Source: Nymphaea colorata (taxonomy: Eukaryota). Taken from it: DNA of 64,000 nt. Where the stretch lies: contig NC_045138.2 of NCBI RefSeq assembly GCF_008831285.2, positions 43,028,001 to 43,092,000 on the forward strand. Reading direction: 5' to 3'. The notes below the pieces were generated by a model. It saw only the letters and a program-made list of their open reading frames with translations, was not told where the DNA came from and ran no database searches. Position 1 is the stretch's first letter. Each line of letters opens with the position of its first letter. This document shows positions 27,462 through 42,130 of this stretch, in pieces. The translations under genes and the position numbers were made by a program.

Positions 27462-28610
27462 TCAATTGTTTTTGCATACAAGTTTTTTTTTTTGGTCTTG
27501 CTTTTAAGATTAAATTACATTATCTTTGATTTTCAGTTACTTTTTTTGAGTTCACAAAATATCAGCCAAAAGGACAAACTGATCATTTCATTAAGTTGAT
27601 TATTACTATTTGTTAAATATTTTAAGAAATGATAGAGTTAGGATAGTTTTTGTAACTGCTAAGAAAGATGTGTAGGTAATGCCTAATTTTGCATCAATAT
27701 GTTCATGTGCCTCAACATATTGACTTTAAATATTTAATTCTCATATCAGAAATTTAATTGATTAAAATGTTAATATTGTAATGTACACATCTAAGCACAC
27801 CAAGTACATACACATTTGGGGTCATGTTAATGAGGTTTTTCAACAACCGATTAGCTTTATGTGTTACAATATATTTATCAAATTAAACTACAAAATGCTT
27901 TAGTGAAGATCAATTTGCAACAAGATTTTGGGAAGATTCTGAAATATGGAAAGCTAGCTATGATCACCTCTACTACACTCTGCATACAAGTTCACGTCCA
28001 GATAGGCCATCTCGAACTTGATGGCTCAACTCACGTATAGTATAGCTGACTTATTGATCAGATCGGCTTATGTAAACTCAACAAAGTTTGAACTGGGCTG
28101 AAGTAAAGAAGAGATGAGCAGAGTTTGAGCTGAACATAAAATCTTCATTGCTTTTAAAGTACACATTTCTAAGGAAAACATATATACTAAGTTATGAAAT
28201 CAGAATCTTATTTTGGTATCGATGTGTTGTGGACCTTACGCGAGCTGAGGAGGTGCATACAAGTCCAGCTCGACTCATTCAATTGGTCGAGGTTAACCAT
28301 TGTCTCCAATTAACTTGACTTCTTCAATAAATGATTTAACCTTAAGTCATATTCATTGTCATGTTCTCCATTCCTAATGCCAGGTGAGAGTTCTGGGATA
28401 TAGAAAAGAAATAAACTACAATTGCAAGTTGTTATGTCATGCACATATTTGGCGACACAACCGACAGACACTTAAATAGTATTCTGCGACTAAATTTGTT
28501 TTCCAATTAGCACCTGTTTATGATTATTTATGTTGAATTTATGGTTGCCATCAAGGTGCATGAAATATTACTCTAAAAATTTTGGAATTGATTAATTTTA
28601 TCAAAAACAG

Positions 28611-29083
28611 GATTTTGTGGGAGGCTCACAGGCCAAGGTCTTCAATGGTCGCTAGAACATCTGGTGGACCTTTTGATTGAGAACTATGAGATGTATAAAG
28701 AGCTTAAGAAAGACGCTCCAGATAGCAGCACGAACACTGCCACAGGTGGAAGAGCACTAGAGCAAATGGAAACACCGTTGTCAATGGCGACCAGGCATGG
28801 CATGACTTCGGTGGTAGAGAGGATACTGTTCAAATATCCTCGTGAAGTTGACCATGTGAACGATTTGGGTGAGAACCTGCTGCATCTAGCGATAAAGTAT
28901 CGACAGGAGGGCATCTTCAATCTCTTCAACCGCGGCAGTCCCATAGTCCTGCAAAGGCTGGCTCGGAGGTTGGACAACAGCGGGAACACTGTCTTACACC
29001 ATGCTGGCGAGTTCAACGAACAACAAAACTGGGACAAGCCAGGAACTTACTTTCCCATGCATTGGGAATACGAGTGGTTCAAG
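28611..29083 (+). CDS. Ankyrin-PGG gene, exon 5
   Basis: CAG acceptor, phase 1; ETPLSMATRHG, GENLLHLAI, GNTVLHHAG and the family motif MHWEYEWFK, then donor GTAAAA. Confidence 0.9.
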
Positions 29084-29233
29084 GTAAAACGAATTAATTA
29101 AATGTCAACTCCGAGCCTATTCCTTTCAATTCTATATTTTTCGCAATTAATGTACGCGGTCGTCAGCTTAGATGCTGCATGCCATGCATCACATTTTGTG
29201 TTATCTTCTGGGGGCTACAATTTTACTTACAAC

Positions 29234-29586
29234 CATAGTTACAAATAAGGTTTTGATGAGGGTTTTCTCGATACAATAAGATAAAGTTGAAAAAAGAAAA
29301 AGTACGGTAAGTTTTTTAAAAATTTTAAAAAACTAAAAATAAAGAAAAGATAAAATAAGTGAGAAACTAACAATACAAAAGTAGATTTGCAACAAATAAA
29401 AAATAGAAAATGAAAAAGAACTGTTTGACATTAAAAAATGAAAAAAATGAAAAAAACACTAAAAAATGCATTGGAAACACTTTTTTTTTTGTTTTTAACT
29501 TTCTTTTGAAAGAACGTGTTTTTTAAAGCTTCCGGCAATTTAATTTGTTGTATTTTTTTCGAAAAAAACACATTTTTGTGGCTATG
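29234..29586. mobile_element. hAT-type MITE in intron 5 (a partial relative starts at 15096)
   Basis: Imperfect TIR CATAGTTACAAA...TTTGTGGCTATG with a perfect 8-bp TSD CTTACAAC (29226-29233 and 29587-29594). Confidence 0.85.
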
Positions 29587-31928
29587 CTTACAACTGCTAA
29601 AAAGGAGCTCCAAGTTCAATGATGTCGTAGTGTTGGATAACACTGACATTTTTGTGCTTTGTACTGTTGTTTTTTTAGGTTGAGGAGTGATTTTGACTTT
29701 TTAAAATAAGTCAAGTTCTTTCAAGTTAGTTGATATTTTAGTTTTACTATTTTTGGGAAGCTGTAGAGAGCAGGGACACTTTATTGCTCACCCTATGGTG
29801 CAACAACGAATATATGACATTATTTAGTAATTTTTTAAAAAGAGAACCATCTAAAAAAATAAAAAATGTGACCTTCTATTTGCAATTATCTTTAAAGTAA
29901 GGTGATCGGCTAACTATTTTTCTTTTTTCCAACCTCCTTTTTGATAGAGGGCAGCGGATGTTCTTTCTTCATCGGTTTTATATGAGCAGAAATTGCGTCC
30001 TTCTGCTAGCAGGTCCTACTTGGCCATCCCTTTGGTCTCCCTCGAGTAAAAAAATAAATAAAATAAAAGAAAAGCAAACAAATTTTTCAAGACAGTTTGA
30101 CGAGCTTCCCTGTGCTATGATTTGCTCGTTATGGCTGCATTTCTTTCATTTGGCTTTACTCGATAGTCTCTCGTATAATGGCCCAGTTTTCCACACCAGA
30201 AACCCTTCTTATTTGGTTGCCATAGCTGCATGCCTTCCTTTTCTGGACCTTGCGCAGTTTGTTTTCTATTTTCTTGAACACTTCTTTCTTAGGGCTTTGT
30301 GGTTCACTTCCCCTGCCTTCTTGGTCGTTGATAATAACTAAATAGGGATTTCACAATTAGCACCTTTAAGCAAATTAAAGGGCTGACATTTGCTTTGCTA
30401 ATGTCTCTTGGTTAACTAAGAGATTCTCTAGTTCCATCAGAGGTGGTTGCACTAGACAGTATATTAAACAATAGACAATAAAACTGAAAAATTTTGGATG
30501 AAGTCCATGAATAAGAATCCTCTATACACAATCTTCACTATTTGTTGACTCAGCGGCTACTTGAGAATTTTCATTAGAAATGTGATTAACTTTAAAAAAT
30601 ACTAAGATATAGACATATTAGCTTGAGTTATCATACCATTCTCCTTTTCTAATAATTGTAAAAGGGTGCAATTAGCTCTAGAAAATAGTGTAACAAAAGC
30701 ATCCTTTAGCTCTTTTGGAGTATTAGCATCACAAATATACTCTTAACAACTACTTATCAATTGATCTTTTGATAACAAATTAGTTTTTCTTGTCTACACT
30801 ACGCAGTTTTTTTTGCATGCACATCCGTAATCATTAACCACTTTTTCATGCCTTTACAAACCTCGATCCATTAATTTTAGTATCCATAGCTACCATATTT
30901 AAGTGTTTCAATATTATTTAATGTCATTGATAATGTTACCTATTTGATCCAATACAATATGAAAACACCATCTAATTCCAAATATTATCCACATCCAATT
31001 ATTAACAACTCCGGAGAAGAAAATCCAACATCCTTCCAATGTCTAAAATAATTTTTAAAAGCAAACTTGTGGACATATCTTATTTCATAAACAATCCACA
31101 AAGAAATTGACTATAACAATCACACCCCATTAACTGAAAAGGCAAATAGATTTGAAAATAAATTTCTTACAGTAAACAAACTCACGATACTACTTAAAAA
31201 ATATGAAGTGTGAACACATAGAAGACAGATCCTCACTTAAATCTTCGTAGCTCCTATAAGCAACTTCACACGCAAGCCCCGCAAGTCAACACATGCTCCA
31301 CTTGGTTACACCAATATTAAGGACTAGATCCCCTTTTTATACTACGAAGGTTGACGATATACGTTTCCACCACATTCCTTACATACATTCCTTTCAATTA
31401 TATTTTATATTTTTAGTAGGACCCAGCATAATCAATAGGTTAACCAAAAGGTAACTGATGCTTTTCTTGAATTATCTAGAATACTCTAAGAGAGTCAGTA
31501 ATAACCTAACAACTTAACCCTCAAACACACACCATGGGTTTCATCCAAACAGACACTCTCTTGTTGAGGCCCGACTACAACCTGCTCATCCTTTTTGAGG
31601 TTGCCAAATTCCCAACCACCAACTTGTGTATCATGCAGGAGCCTTGCATGGCAAAATCTTTTATAGCGAATTTGGGATTAAGCACACCACTGTCAGATTA
31701 TGCCATGGAGAATGGACTCCACATTCAGTTGGGAGGCATTAGATTCAATATCCTAGCCAGAGAGAAGGAGTTTGTGTTGGCTTCTTTAGTATTGCATTAA
31801 ATCGAATCATCTGGGAAAATGGAGGGGGCTCTCGTACGTATCTATTAGCAAAGAACATTCTTTCTGTAATAGCAATCCTTCTTGCTAGAAAACATAATGT
31901 TAATCAAAGAGCACGAATCAATCAGGGA

Positions 31929-31953
31929 GATATATACATACATATATATATAT

Positions 31954-32025
<72 letters not shown>
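31929..32025. repeat. Compound (TA)n(GA)n microsatellite
   Basis: Directly visible. Confidence 0.95.
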
Positions 32026-34561
32026 TGTGTTTTAATCAAAAAGTGCTGCTTGACAACCTATTTTGGGTAAAAACATTGGACTGATCTGGTTCTCTTTTAG
32101 ATCTGCAATTTTCAAATGACATATGATCTTCCTTTTTAAGTATAGGTAGATTTTCATCATGTTTTCTTACTCCAACACACACACACACACAAATAAATAT
32201 GTATATGTGTCATTGTCGGAATAAGGGTGCAATCAACCAGTGAAACTTGATCTCTTCAAATATAATCTAAATCTCTTCTTTGTCAGATTTCGTAACTATT
32301 TTCAAACCAACTTGGTCAAGTCCCTCCAATTGAGAAATAAAGACAATGGGGAAGGTTGATGATGAAGTTGATCATAAAAAGAAAAGTGAGATTTGTTGGT
32401 AATGGTTTATGAAACTGAAAAAATAATGAAAATCGATAAAGTTATAGTTGCATTAATTGAAAAAAAGGTAGAAAAAATGAGCTAGAAGCTAACAATCCAT
32501 CATCTTCACTTCAAGCTATAAACATTCTTTCAAAATCTTCTCATGATGCTGAAAAAGCTCCAAAGTTGAGAAGCTTTGGAATAAAGTCTCCTACATTTGA
32601 CATTGCTGGAAATGAAATAATTTCTTTTATTTATTTAATTGTGAACATTTATATTTTGATGACATTTTTCTTCATACTAGAAAAAGGAAGACAATAGATT
32701 AAAAATTTAAGTCAACAATAAAAAATGACTTAGAGCTTATAAATATTTTTAAAGGCCATAAAATTTTGAGAACTAGTGTTTATGTATATTCACTATCATT
32801 ATTGGACTGAACATTGTATTCATTATCATTATAACTGCAAAGAAAGTGAACCCTTTCCTAAATGGATGTGAAGTTGGAATTTTAAAATAATTATCTTAAC
32901 AAAGAGGCATATGTTGACCACTTGACTGATTATGGTATGGAAATACATGAAAAAGATGATAAATTTATGCAAAACCCTTTATGGTTTAAAAAAATTGCAT
33001 AAAGCTTAGAATGATCGAACAAGAAATATTCTTATAACAAGAAATATTCTTATAACACATTTTCAAAAGCGCAATCCAATTATGTATTTTGCCAAAAAGT
33101 TAAGTGAGATTAAGCACTTTCATCATAAATAATTTCATCACGACAAAAACTTCGTGAAATGCTTAATCGTTGGATAAGTCATTTTCTACCATTCAAGATA
33201 ACATATTCAGTTCTCAAATTGTTGCTATTTCATTTTAAAATGAAGAAGTGGAAAATAAATGAAACAATTCTCATGTTGTTTTAACTTATTATGAAAATAT
33301 CATTGGAAATGTGCGATATCACACAAACATTTTATATATTATTTTTTGAATAGTAAATCCATAAAAAAATGTTTACTTAATTATAAATTATTTTACCAAG
33401 AGAGGAACACTAATACAGAAGAATGTACAATTAATTAATATAATTTGCATTGGTTTAACATATATCAACTTGGTTTTTGAAGACGAAACTGATTGCCATT
33501 TTATTTATTCATGAAGTTGAATATGTGATCATTTCTCATGAGTTTGCCAGACAATTTAGACAATATATTTTTAAAAATTTTCAAATTTCACAATATTGTA
33601 CTACTAAAATTATAGAGTCAACAAATGAATAATTGTGTTGGGAAAAAAATCTAGTGTTTAGTGGAAAAAGGCAAGACACAAACATTTTGTACTATTCAAT
33701 TGTATTTGAGCATGTAGAAAAGAAAGGAACTGAGTTAGAACATTGTCATTTTGTAGGGCAAGTGACGAATAGTTCATAAAGGGATTTAGGTATAAAGTTT
33801 TTAGCATTTGAAAATGCTCGTGAGTTAAGGCTCAAAAAAGTGAGTTCAAGGGAGTATTGGAAAGTATCCATGAAAGCAAATAGCAATTACAAGGTGTCAT
33901 ACGATTTGACCTTCAAATTCATGGTAGATGTGAGGTTCCTACACTACCAAAAGGGTCATTGTGAAAGGAATAAATGCATTCTATCCTTTTTATGACACTC
34001 TAACAGTTGAATGGCTTTACGTGGCTAAAAATGATCTTTTACTCTAGAAATTTAAAAATCAATGGACTATTTTTTTTATAAATGTCTTCTCTTCAACCAC
34101 AATAAATGCATCTGTAGTATCACTATGACCTAACTAAACGACATCTTAAAGATTATATAATTCCTTACTTGAAGGTTTTATCTCTTTCTCTCTCTTTCTC
34201 TCTCTCTCTCACACACACACTGCATCCCACGTTCGTACTGCAGCAACATGCCATCACAAGTTGAACTGGTATGTCTTAATCAATAAAGTTAATCTGTTGA
34301 TGAAATAAAAATCTTTGGACCAGGTTTAGCATGACTTGCTTATTACTTATAGAATATCATTTCTGCCCTTATAGGTTGCTGATTAGTTTATCAAATTATA
34401 AGTGCAAAGATGGTAAGGCAAATTATTCTAATCTAGCGTGTACTTTAGAACAAATTTGTAGTAGCTATGCCACATGAAAGCAGCATATACCATATTGTGG
34501 TATCTTGGGTTGTTTGCATTTCATCGGAATTTTATGTATCTAATTATAAGCATTTTTGCAG

Positions 34562-35146
34562 AGCGTGAAGAAGATCACATCTAAGGATCTTATAGAGCAT
34601 CTTAACATAAGTGGCAAGACAGCCAGGGAATTGTTTATCGATAGCCATGAAAAATTTAAGAAGGATGATGAGAAGTGCTTGAAAGAAACTGCCAGTGCCT
34701 TTTCAGTGGTTGTCACACTCATGGCATCAACAGCATTCGCAGCACTCTACACCTATCCTGGAGGTCCAGACCAAATTCATGGCAAGCCTATATTACGAAT
34801 CAACCCAGCCTTCCATGTATTTCTGGTTGCAAATGCATTAACCATAGGCTTTTCATTGAGGGCCTTGCTGTACTTTCTGTTTGTCCTTAGTTGGAGGTAT
34901 AGGAAAAGTAGCTTCCACCAGCCAATACTATCCTATCTCATCATGGGCATTAGATGCCTCTATGCTTCAATATTGTTCATGATGCTAACTTTCTTGGCAA
35001 CCATAGTTCTTTTGGTTAAATCACCTTCACTATTTGCTCTGTACGCCATCATAGCTACCTCATTTGTATATTATGTCATGATCTACATAATGATGTCATT
35101 TAGGAGCCCTTTGCATCTTCCGTGGCAAATACACCTTCCCATATAG
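34562..35146 (+). CDS. Ankyrin-PGG gene, exon 6 (PGG domain, transmembrane helices, stop)
   Basis: TGCAG acceptor, phase 0; NISGKTARELF, VVVTLMASTAFAALYTYPGG and hydrophobic helices. The six exons total 1872 nt = 623 aa + stop. Confidence 0.92.
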   Translation, partial: SVKKITSKDLIEHLNISGKTARELFIDSHEKFKKDDEKCLKETASAFSVVVTLMASTAFAALYTYPGGPDQIHGKPILRINPAFHVFLVANALTIGFSLRALLYFLFVLSWRYRKSSFHQPILSYLIMGIRCLYASILFMMLTFLATIVLLVKSPSLFALYAIIATSFVYYVMIYIMMSFRSPLHLPWQIHLPI

Positions 35147-36049
35147 GATTTTTTATCACTTTCACACCTGTTAAGGCACTAGTAGAGAAACATGTGTTCA
35201 TTACCATAAAAATGTTCTTGAAATCATTGCCAATGCCTAGCTGGGTCAAAATAAGAAAGTGACCTTTTTAGTAACTGGATGCATTATCCATAGTATTATG
35301 ATGCATCATTACTGCCATATAAAATAATCATATTCATTCTTATGAATTTTGATGTTTAAAGAAAATATGTAACAGTTAGTTAAAGTTATGTACTATTGAA
35401 GTGTACAAATGAAATCCTTTTTACTTGCTAATTTGGTTGCTTGAATGAATTGCTTACCTGAGTTGCATAAAATGGTTTTGATATACATAACAATGTTGCA
35501 AATGGCACATTTCTATTATATGTTTCCAATTGGTGTGAATTCCAATGGTTGAAACATTTTCATCTTATACATGTTATACAAATTTATGTCCATATCACAA
35601 GGATTATCCCACATTCCCAAGTTTGTCTTTGAGTGGCAAGGATGCACAAAAAATAGCAGCTAGTCCCATATTCTTTTTCTGTAGTCCCCATTGACATGGA
35701 TAAAGTATGTTTCCTAGAAATTTTGAATCCACTCTTGAGGCAAACCTGCTCAACCTTTTAGCTATTAGAGATAGTAAATGGAGTTAAGCAAGATAACCAC
35801 TATTCTACCGTCAAACAAATCAAAGACAATTACCACAACTTTCTTGAGTGTAACATTTTGAATAGAACAATTCATCTCTTGAACTAAAATTGTGTACATA
35901 GTGAGTGGTTATGCTTGAACTTGAGAAATGAAGCATTGCTTTCTTTATGGAAAATATTTTTTGTTGGAGACCCCTTTTCTAGTTAAAGTGTGTCTTCCTC
36001 TCAATACTACAAGCATCTTAAACTAGTATCTGTTTGCACCTCCCACACC

Positions 36050-39000
36050 CCCCCAAGGTAAGGCCTCCTTAATGGTGGAGGTCCCTTCCAATTTGGCACC
36101 CATTTGCCTTTGGGTCTGCCCCTAAGATGAGCTATGGACCGGAGGACTAATATATTTACTTGAAACTTTCTTTAGGTGGAAAATTCTGATAGTGCTGAGT
36201 TACCCTTTTGCGATACGCCTCAGCATGTTCGGCTACTTATGACCTTTTTTCATCAAAGAGCTCGAGTAATGTCAATCATTTCATTTATAGTTCATAGGGA
36301 CCTCGATTAAGGTAGCAAACTTCATTGCAGTTTTTGAATGTTTAAAGAAAGGATGATCTCTGTACCATATACTAATTCGGTCAGTGTGGCATCCATGAGT
36401 ATCTGAATAGTGGTTTGGTATGCCCGAAGTGGATCAAAAAATTTCTCATATCAATCTCAGCCTATCTGAACGGTTCTTTCCAAAATTCATATTAGAATTT
36501 TATTTGTTGCTTCTACTTGACTATTATCTTGGGGGTAATATAGTGCAAAGAAGTGATGTTGTATTTGACATCTTTGGCGGAGGCTACACATTATGTGAAA
36601 TAGGTGCCATTGTCTAAGACAATGTCTTGAGAAATGCCAAATTTCATACGAGGTTTTTATGGATAAAGGACACCACATGTCCTCCTTCAACCATTTTTAA
36701 AGTGATTGTTTCTACCCATTTGGTGAAATAATCAATGACTGAAAGAAAATACTTATCACCATTTGAAGCAAGTGAGTTGATTAGGCTGAATACGTCGAAG
36801 GCCTACATTGAGAATGGCCAAAATGAGCTGACTAAATATGAAGGTAAGCCACTAGAGCATGGGTTGATAGTGAGTGCAACTGGAATTTGGTGCACCTTTT
36901 GACAAATTGATGACAATCCTTCTGCATGGTGGGCAAATACTACCATGATCTGACTATCTATTTGACAAGGGTTTGATACTCCTACATGTCCCCCACAAAT
37001 TCTTTTGTGTGTTTCTTGGATAATTTTCAATGCTTCTCTTTTGTCGAGACATCGATCATACGTTGCATTGAATCATCTTCTATAGAGAATACTGCAAGGA
37101 CAAAGTATCTCATAGACATGCATCGCAGGGCTTTTTGTTCTTTGTGGGACATTTCTGACACAAATACTCCATTTTGCAAACAGTTTTTGATATTTTGATA
37201 CCAAGGTGCTTCCTCACTTTCTGTTTGAAGTACTAACTCTGGTAAACATACGCTGGTTGTTCTAGTCTGCCAACCTCAAAAGATCTAATTGATTATTTGG
37301 GTTTAAAGGTGATGGTAGAGCCTAAATTAGGTAAACCATCTGCAACTGGGTTTTGTTCCTATTTGATGTGTGATAGTTGACATTCATCGAATAGTTCCAC
37401 AAGAGAAATCACCAATTTTTGTTAGGGAATCAGTATTTGATCTTTAACTTGTCAGTCATCATTGACTTGACTCACAATTAGGAGTGAATTTCCAAAGACA
37501 TGAACTCTCTGTAACATTAACTTAAGAAGCATTTTGAACTTTTGGATCAAGGCTTCGTATTTGGCCATGTTATGTGTGCAGGAGAAGTTTAATTTGAGAG
37601 AATATGAAATCATTTCATTTTCTGGTGTGTGAGGAGGAGTATTCCGATGCTGGCTCCTATAACGCTTTTAGAGCCATCAAAATACATACTCCATAGGGGA
37701 TCTTATTGTATCATTACGATTTATTCATTTATAAAGTCATCATTTGTTTTGATTTCTTATAATAGGGGAATGTCTACAAGCGGGCCTACAATGGCCTACT
37801 CCTTAATTGATTTTTATGACACATACTCTAAATCGTATTGCATCAATATGATTTGCCATATTGCTATCCTCCAATTCAGGAATGGTTGTTCAAAGGTATA
37901 TTTGAGTGGATTGAGTTTGTATAAAATTTTGACTTCACAAGATAGTGGTGTCTCAATTTTTGACACATCCAAACCAATGCCAAGCAATACTTTTTCATAT
38001 GACAATAATATTTTTTGAATTGAACAAATGCTTTACTAACAATAGATGAAATGTTCTATCTTACATCCATCTTCATATTGTGCTAGGAAACCAACATAAG
38101 CTAAGTGATTAATTGTGATGTAAAACAATAGTAGTTTTCCCAAAGCTGAAGGTTTTAATATTAAAGGATCAAGGAGATATTTCTTGATCTTCAACTGACT
38201 TTTGACATTCGGATCCACATTCAAACTTAGCTCCTTTTCTCAAGAGTTGATTGAATGGTATGCATCTCAAAGCCAAGTTAGAGATAAATCTCCTAATTGA
38301 CTAAATTCGACCTTGCAAACTGTGCTACTCTTTTAAATTGGTTGGTGGAAGCATTTCTGTGATTCCATTTGCTTTAGTTGAGTCCATTCAATTCCCTTTT
38401 TACTGACCATCAACCATAGTTATTTACCGGATTTCACTCCAAGCATACATTTTTTGCAGATTTAACATGAGTTTATACTGCAGGATTTATTCAAATACTT
38501 AATAGAGAATATTGATATGATTTTTTCTTGTTTTTGATTTGATTAGCATATTATCAGCATAAGCATCCATGATCTTATGCATTTGATCATGAAATATGGC
38601 AGCCATGTCAACTGATATGTTACCTCAACATTTTTTAATTTGAAAGGCATCCCTGTATAACAGAAGGTTCCCCATTAGGTTGCAAGGGATGTTTTAAGTT
38701 GGCTGTAAGTTGCCAGTTTAATTTGGTTATATCTAGAATATCCATCCATGATGCAGAACAGTGCATGCCCTGCTATAGTGTCCACTAGAAAGTGAATGTT
38801 TGATAATGGATAGCCATCTTTAGGAGTGGCTTTATTCAAATCTCTAAAATCAAAACAGTGACAAATTTTGCTATTTTTGTTGCAAAGTACCACGATATTT
38901 GCTAACCATTCAGGGTAGTCAATTGCCCATATAAATATGGCTTTCAATAGGTCTTCAAGCCCTTCCTTGAGTTGTCCTTCAAGTTGAAGATCCAATTTTC

Positions 39001-39730
39001 TTAATTTTTGTTTAATCCCTTTACATTCTGGTTTCAAACACGACTAGTGTTAGACCACTTTAATGTCAAGGCCCAACATGTTTTCATAGGCCCATGGGAA
39101 CCTATCAATTCTGTCTTTCCTCTATAAAGAGATTAGTTCTAATTTATAGTATTTTTGGACTATCTATTGCACTTATGTTAATTTTCTTCTATATCTAAGA
39201 GTTATGAACTCATTTTTGCTAGTAATGCAGGTGGTTTTCCTCCAGATGTCATCTGGAACATAAAACTAAAGTTGTGAGATTGAGCAAGACCAAAACAAAT
39301 CAGATTCATTGGAATTTTTATCATTGTACATCAATGATATTATCAAATGTGACGCTTGGTCATCAAAGGAGTACAATGGTTTTCTTGGAAAAAGAAAACA
39401 AAGAAAGCGGTATGGTTTTGAGTGGCAAGTTTTTGGCTCACGGTGAATATCTGCTCGTGATGGATCCCTTGACAAATTGTACTGGCTTTAGTTATTCTCC
39501 TTCCACCACCTCTTCATTACTATGACATCCCAAAGCACGATTGCCTCTTCGGCCTGGGATTGTTACTAGTTCTAGAATGCCATCAGTGTTTTTTTTTAGG
39601 CTAGTAAATGGTTGATATCCTTGGCGCAGAAGGAGCTTGAATATCTTTTCATTTTGGAAAAATTGGTTAAATAAAGGGTGAACTTTGTAGGTTGATTCAG
39701 AATGAGTAGGCTTGCTTCCATTGATCACCT
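36050..39730 (-). mobile_element. Degenerate Ty3/Gypsy pol, Tat/Ogre-like (G-patch, RT, RNase H, extra RNase H, integrase)
   Basis: RT: YPEWLANIVV..CFDFRDLNKATPKDGYPL..MDGYSRYNQI. Second RNase H: WSMYFDGSKSVIGASIGILL..CTHNMAKYEALI. Integrase: ETHKRICGGH, WPFSM, GKWVPNWKGP. Many stops and frameshifts; LTRs not resolved. Confidence 0.9.
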
Positions 39731-41573
39731 ACATTTGCTTCTTTGCAAAGACAACTTGATGAAATTTTATACTAGTTCATATTCTTCACGAACTTGTATA
39801 CTGGTTATTTGTATAGCATACATAGGTATAGGCAGCATTGATTAACAGTGTCATTCTTGATGACATTCTGCATATGTTGTGGTTACCTACATTCCTTTGG
39901 CCCATCAGACACACTGGTATAGGGATGATGGGACTACATTGGCCAAATGAATCCATGGTCGGCCCAATATAGCTATTAGTGTTCATTATATCTCATGGAA
40001 GAAGAAAGTACATGCAAATCAGACCTGAAATGTACAAAAAATAAAGAAAGAAAGGTAATCATGGCTAAAAAAATTGTCACCTTTTTTTGCCTAGGCACTG
40101 CCTAGGCACTTGACAACATAGAGCAATCCAGTTCTCTCTCTTCATAATCATGCACTTGTTGGCACTTAAGGCAGAGAATCTAACTTTGGTCAGGGGAGAG
40201 ATGAGTGTCTTGTGATCAATCTTTCACTCATTACATAAACCAAATTAAAAGTACACTTATGAAAAAGAAACTTATGGACAGGAAGAACAATAAACAACTA
40301 ATGCACCATGAAAGCCTATAAGAAAAATGCATCGGATATTTTCAAGATACTATTATCTTGTCATTGTCATGAGCCAGTTGTACAGAACAGTCAGCTAAAA
40401 GGACCAGCAAACTAGAAGTAGGACCTTCCATTGTTGAAGTTACTATACGTTAATTCCACAAAATGTTCTCAAGTACAAAATAAATTTTGGTTTTTTACAT
40501 GTTAAGCCAATAAAGCACTAACCAAATAGTGATCAATTTCTACATTGCAAGCTTTACAATGTAATGCATCACATATGTTTGCCGAAGCCCAAGAAGCAGT
40601 TATCCTTACTGGAAAAAGAAATCTTTCACATCAAGACCGTATTAACTCAAAGATGCACATATCTGATAATCACTCTATGCTCTTTTGAGATATCTTATAG
40701 AAACACCAATGCCAATGTCTTAGGAAAAACATATTTTAAATATGACCAAAGCACAGAAGGTCAACATCTCTTTTTGATACTAGTTAAAACATCATTAATT
40801 TCACGAAACTATAAGTCCAAGGAAGTGGGAAGTAGCGAGTAGTTTCTACAAGACTGACATCAGGCTAAGAACATCAATCATAGACTTTAAGACACATATT
40901 TAAAAACTATAAGTAAAACATAAACTTTGTTTGGACCTCTTCATGATAGACACCATGCTTCTCTAGGTGTAAAATAAAAATCAAATTATTAAATGTTATG
41001 ATGCTTTTCCAGCATTTGTATGTTCATCTTTGTGCATTATTGGTGTTCATGTTAGGCATATAGAAATTCAAAAAAGCAATGGCCTACATAAGGATTTTCA
41101 GAAAATGAATGTGCAATTGCAATCAAGATGCTCTAAAAAGGAAAAGTACTGCTCAATAATGAATTTACAATATTGAAACTAGCACATCATGTGTGTTGAC
41201 CTCCACAGCACAACACAGACAAGCACTTCTAAATCTCTACACCAAAAATGAAATAAACTTCAAGCATTACCCCATGCATCCTCTTGGCAATAATGGTATG
41301 AAACACCACAATTCCATTACCAAAAACTATCGATATTATGTAACAATTGCTGCATTTAAAGTTTTCAGCAAGCAGGTAAACATATCCTTTTTCAAGCGAT
41401 AGGATTTGTATGTCACATTAATTACATTCTAACTCAATTTGCAAATTAGAACAAATGACATGATGTGCGAGAAATAACCTCTGTTCTCGAAACAAAGGGA
41501 TTATAAAGCCTAGCTCTATTTCTCAGACACTCTCATTCTCTAATCTGCACAGCTATGGGATTTCACAAGAGAG

Positions 41574-41576
<3 letters not shown>

Positions 41577-41652
<76 letters not shown>
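41577..41652. repeat. (TA)n(GA)n microsatellite
   Basis: Directly visible. Confidence 0.95.
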
Positions 41653-41817
41653 CCCACATGCAACTTCCTTTTCAACTTTAATTTTTTTTTTCATCCACAG
41701 TGTTTTCAAGATTTGCATTCAAAACAAGCACTACTTGTCTCCTAGACAAAAAAAAAAGGTTTAGAAATAGGCTGCTCATTGCAAATAAACGTTAAGGTAA
41801 AGAAAAAATTTTACTGC

Positions 41818-41950
41818 ACAACAACTACCAAGATAGGAATTCAAAAATAGGATCCTATGCAATGTGTAGCATTGGTTCATCAAATCTCCAGTCTCTCAGG
41901 CATCTACTAGTTTCAACCTCCCAGATACACATAGGTCCATCAATAGATCC
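41818..41950 (-). pseudogene. BOP1: Isolated WD40 exon resembling ribosome-biogenesis factor BOP1/ERB1
   Basis: GSIDGPMCIWEVETSRCLRDWRFDEPMLHIA*DPIFE/PILVVV, compared with recalled plant BOP1 GSxDGxVRxWEVETGRCLxVWxFDExxxxVAWNPL.xLPxLAV. Preceded by an acceptor-like TTTTTGAAG. Confidence 0.7.
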
Positions 41951-42125
41951 CTTCAAAAATGGAATCAAACGTTTCATGTTAGCCTTCCAGGTAAACGTAC
42001 TTTATCAATCGCCTCTCCAACTGATCATTGCGAATGCCAGTCTGCAACCTCAAATCAAATGCTTTAAGAGAAAAAATGCAGGAAACTTTGGGAGAACCCA
42101 GGAATGGATCAAAGTTCTTTGACCG

Positions 42126-42130
<5 letters not shown>

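Noticed and set aside
30340..34000. AT-rich decayed coding-like sequence with faint Ulp1-protease-like words
   Set aside because: Too degenerate to name or bound.
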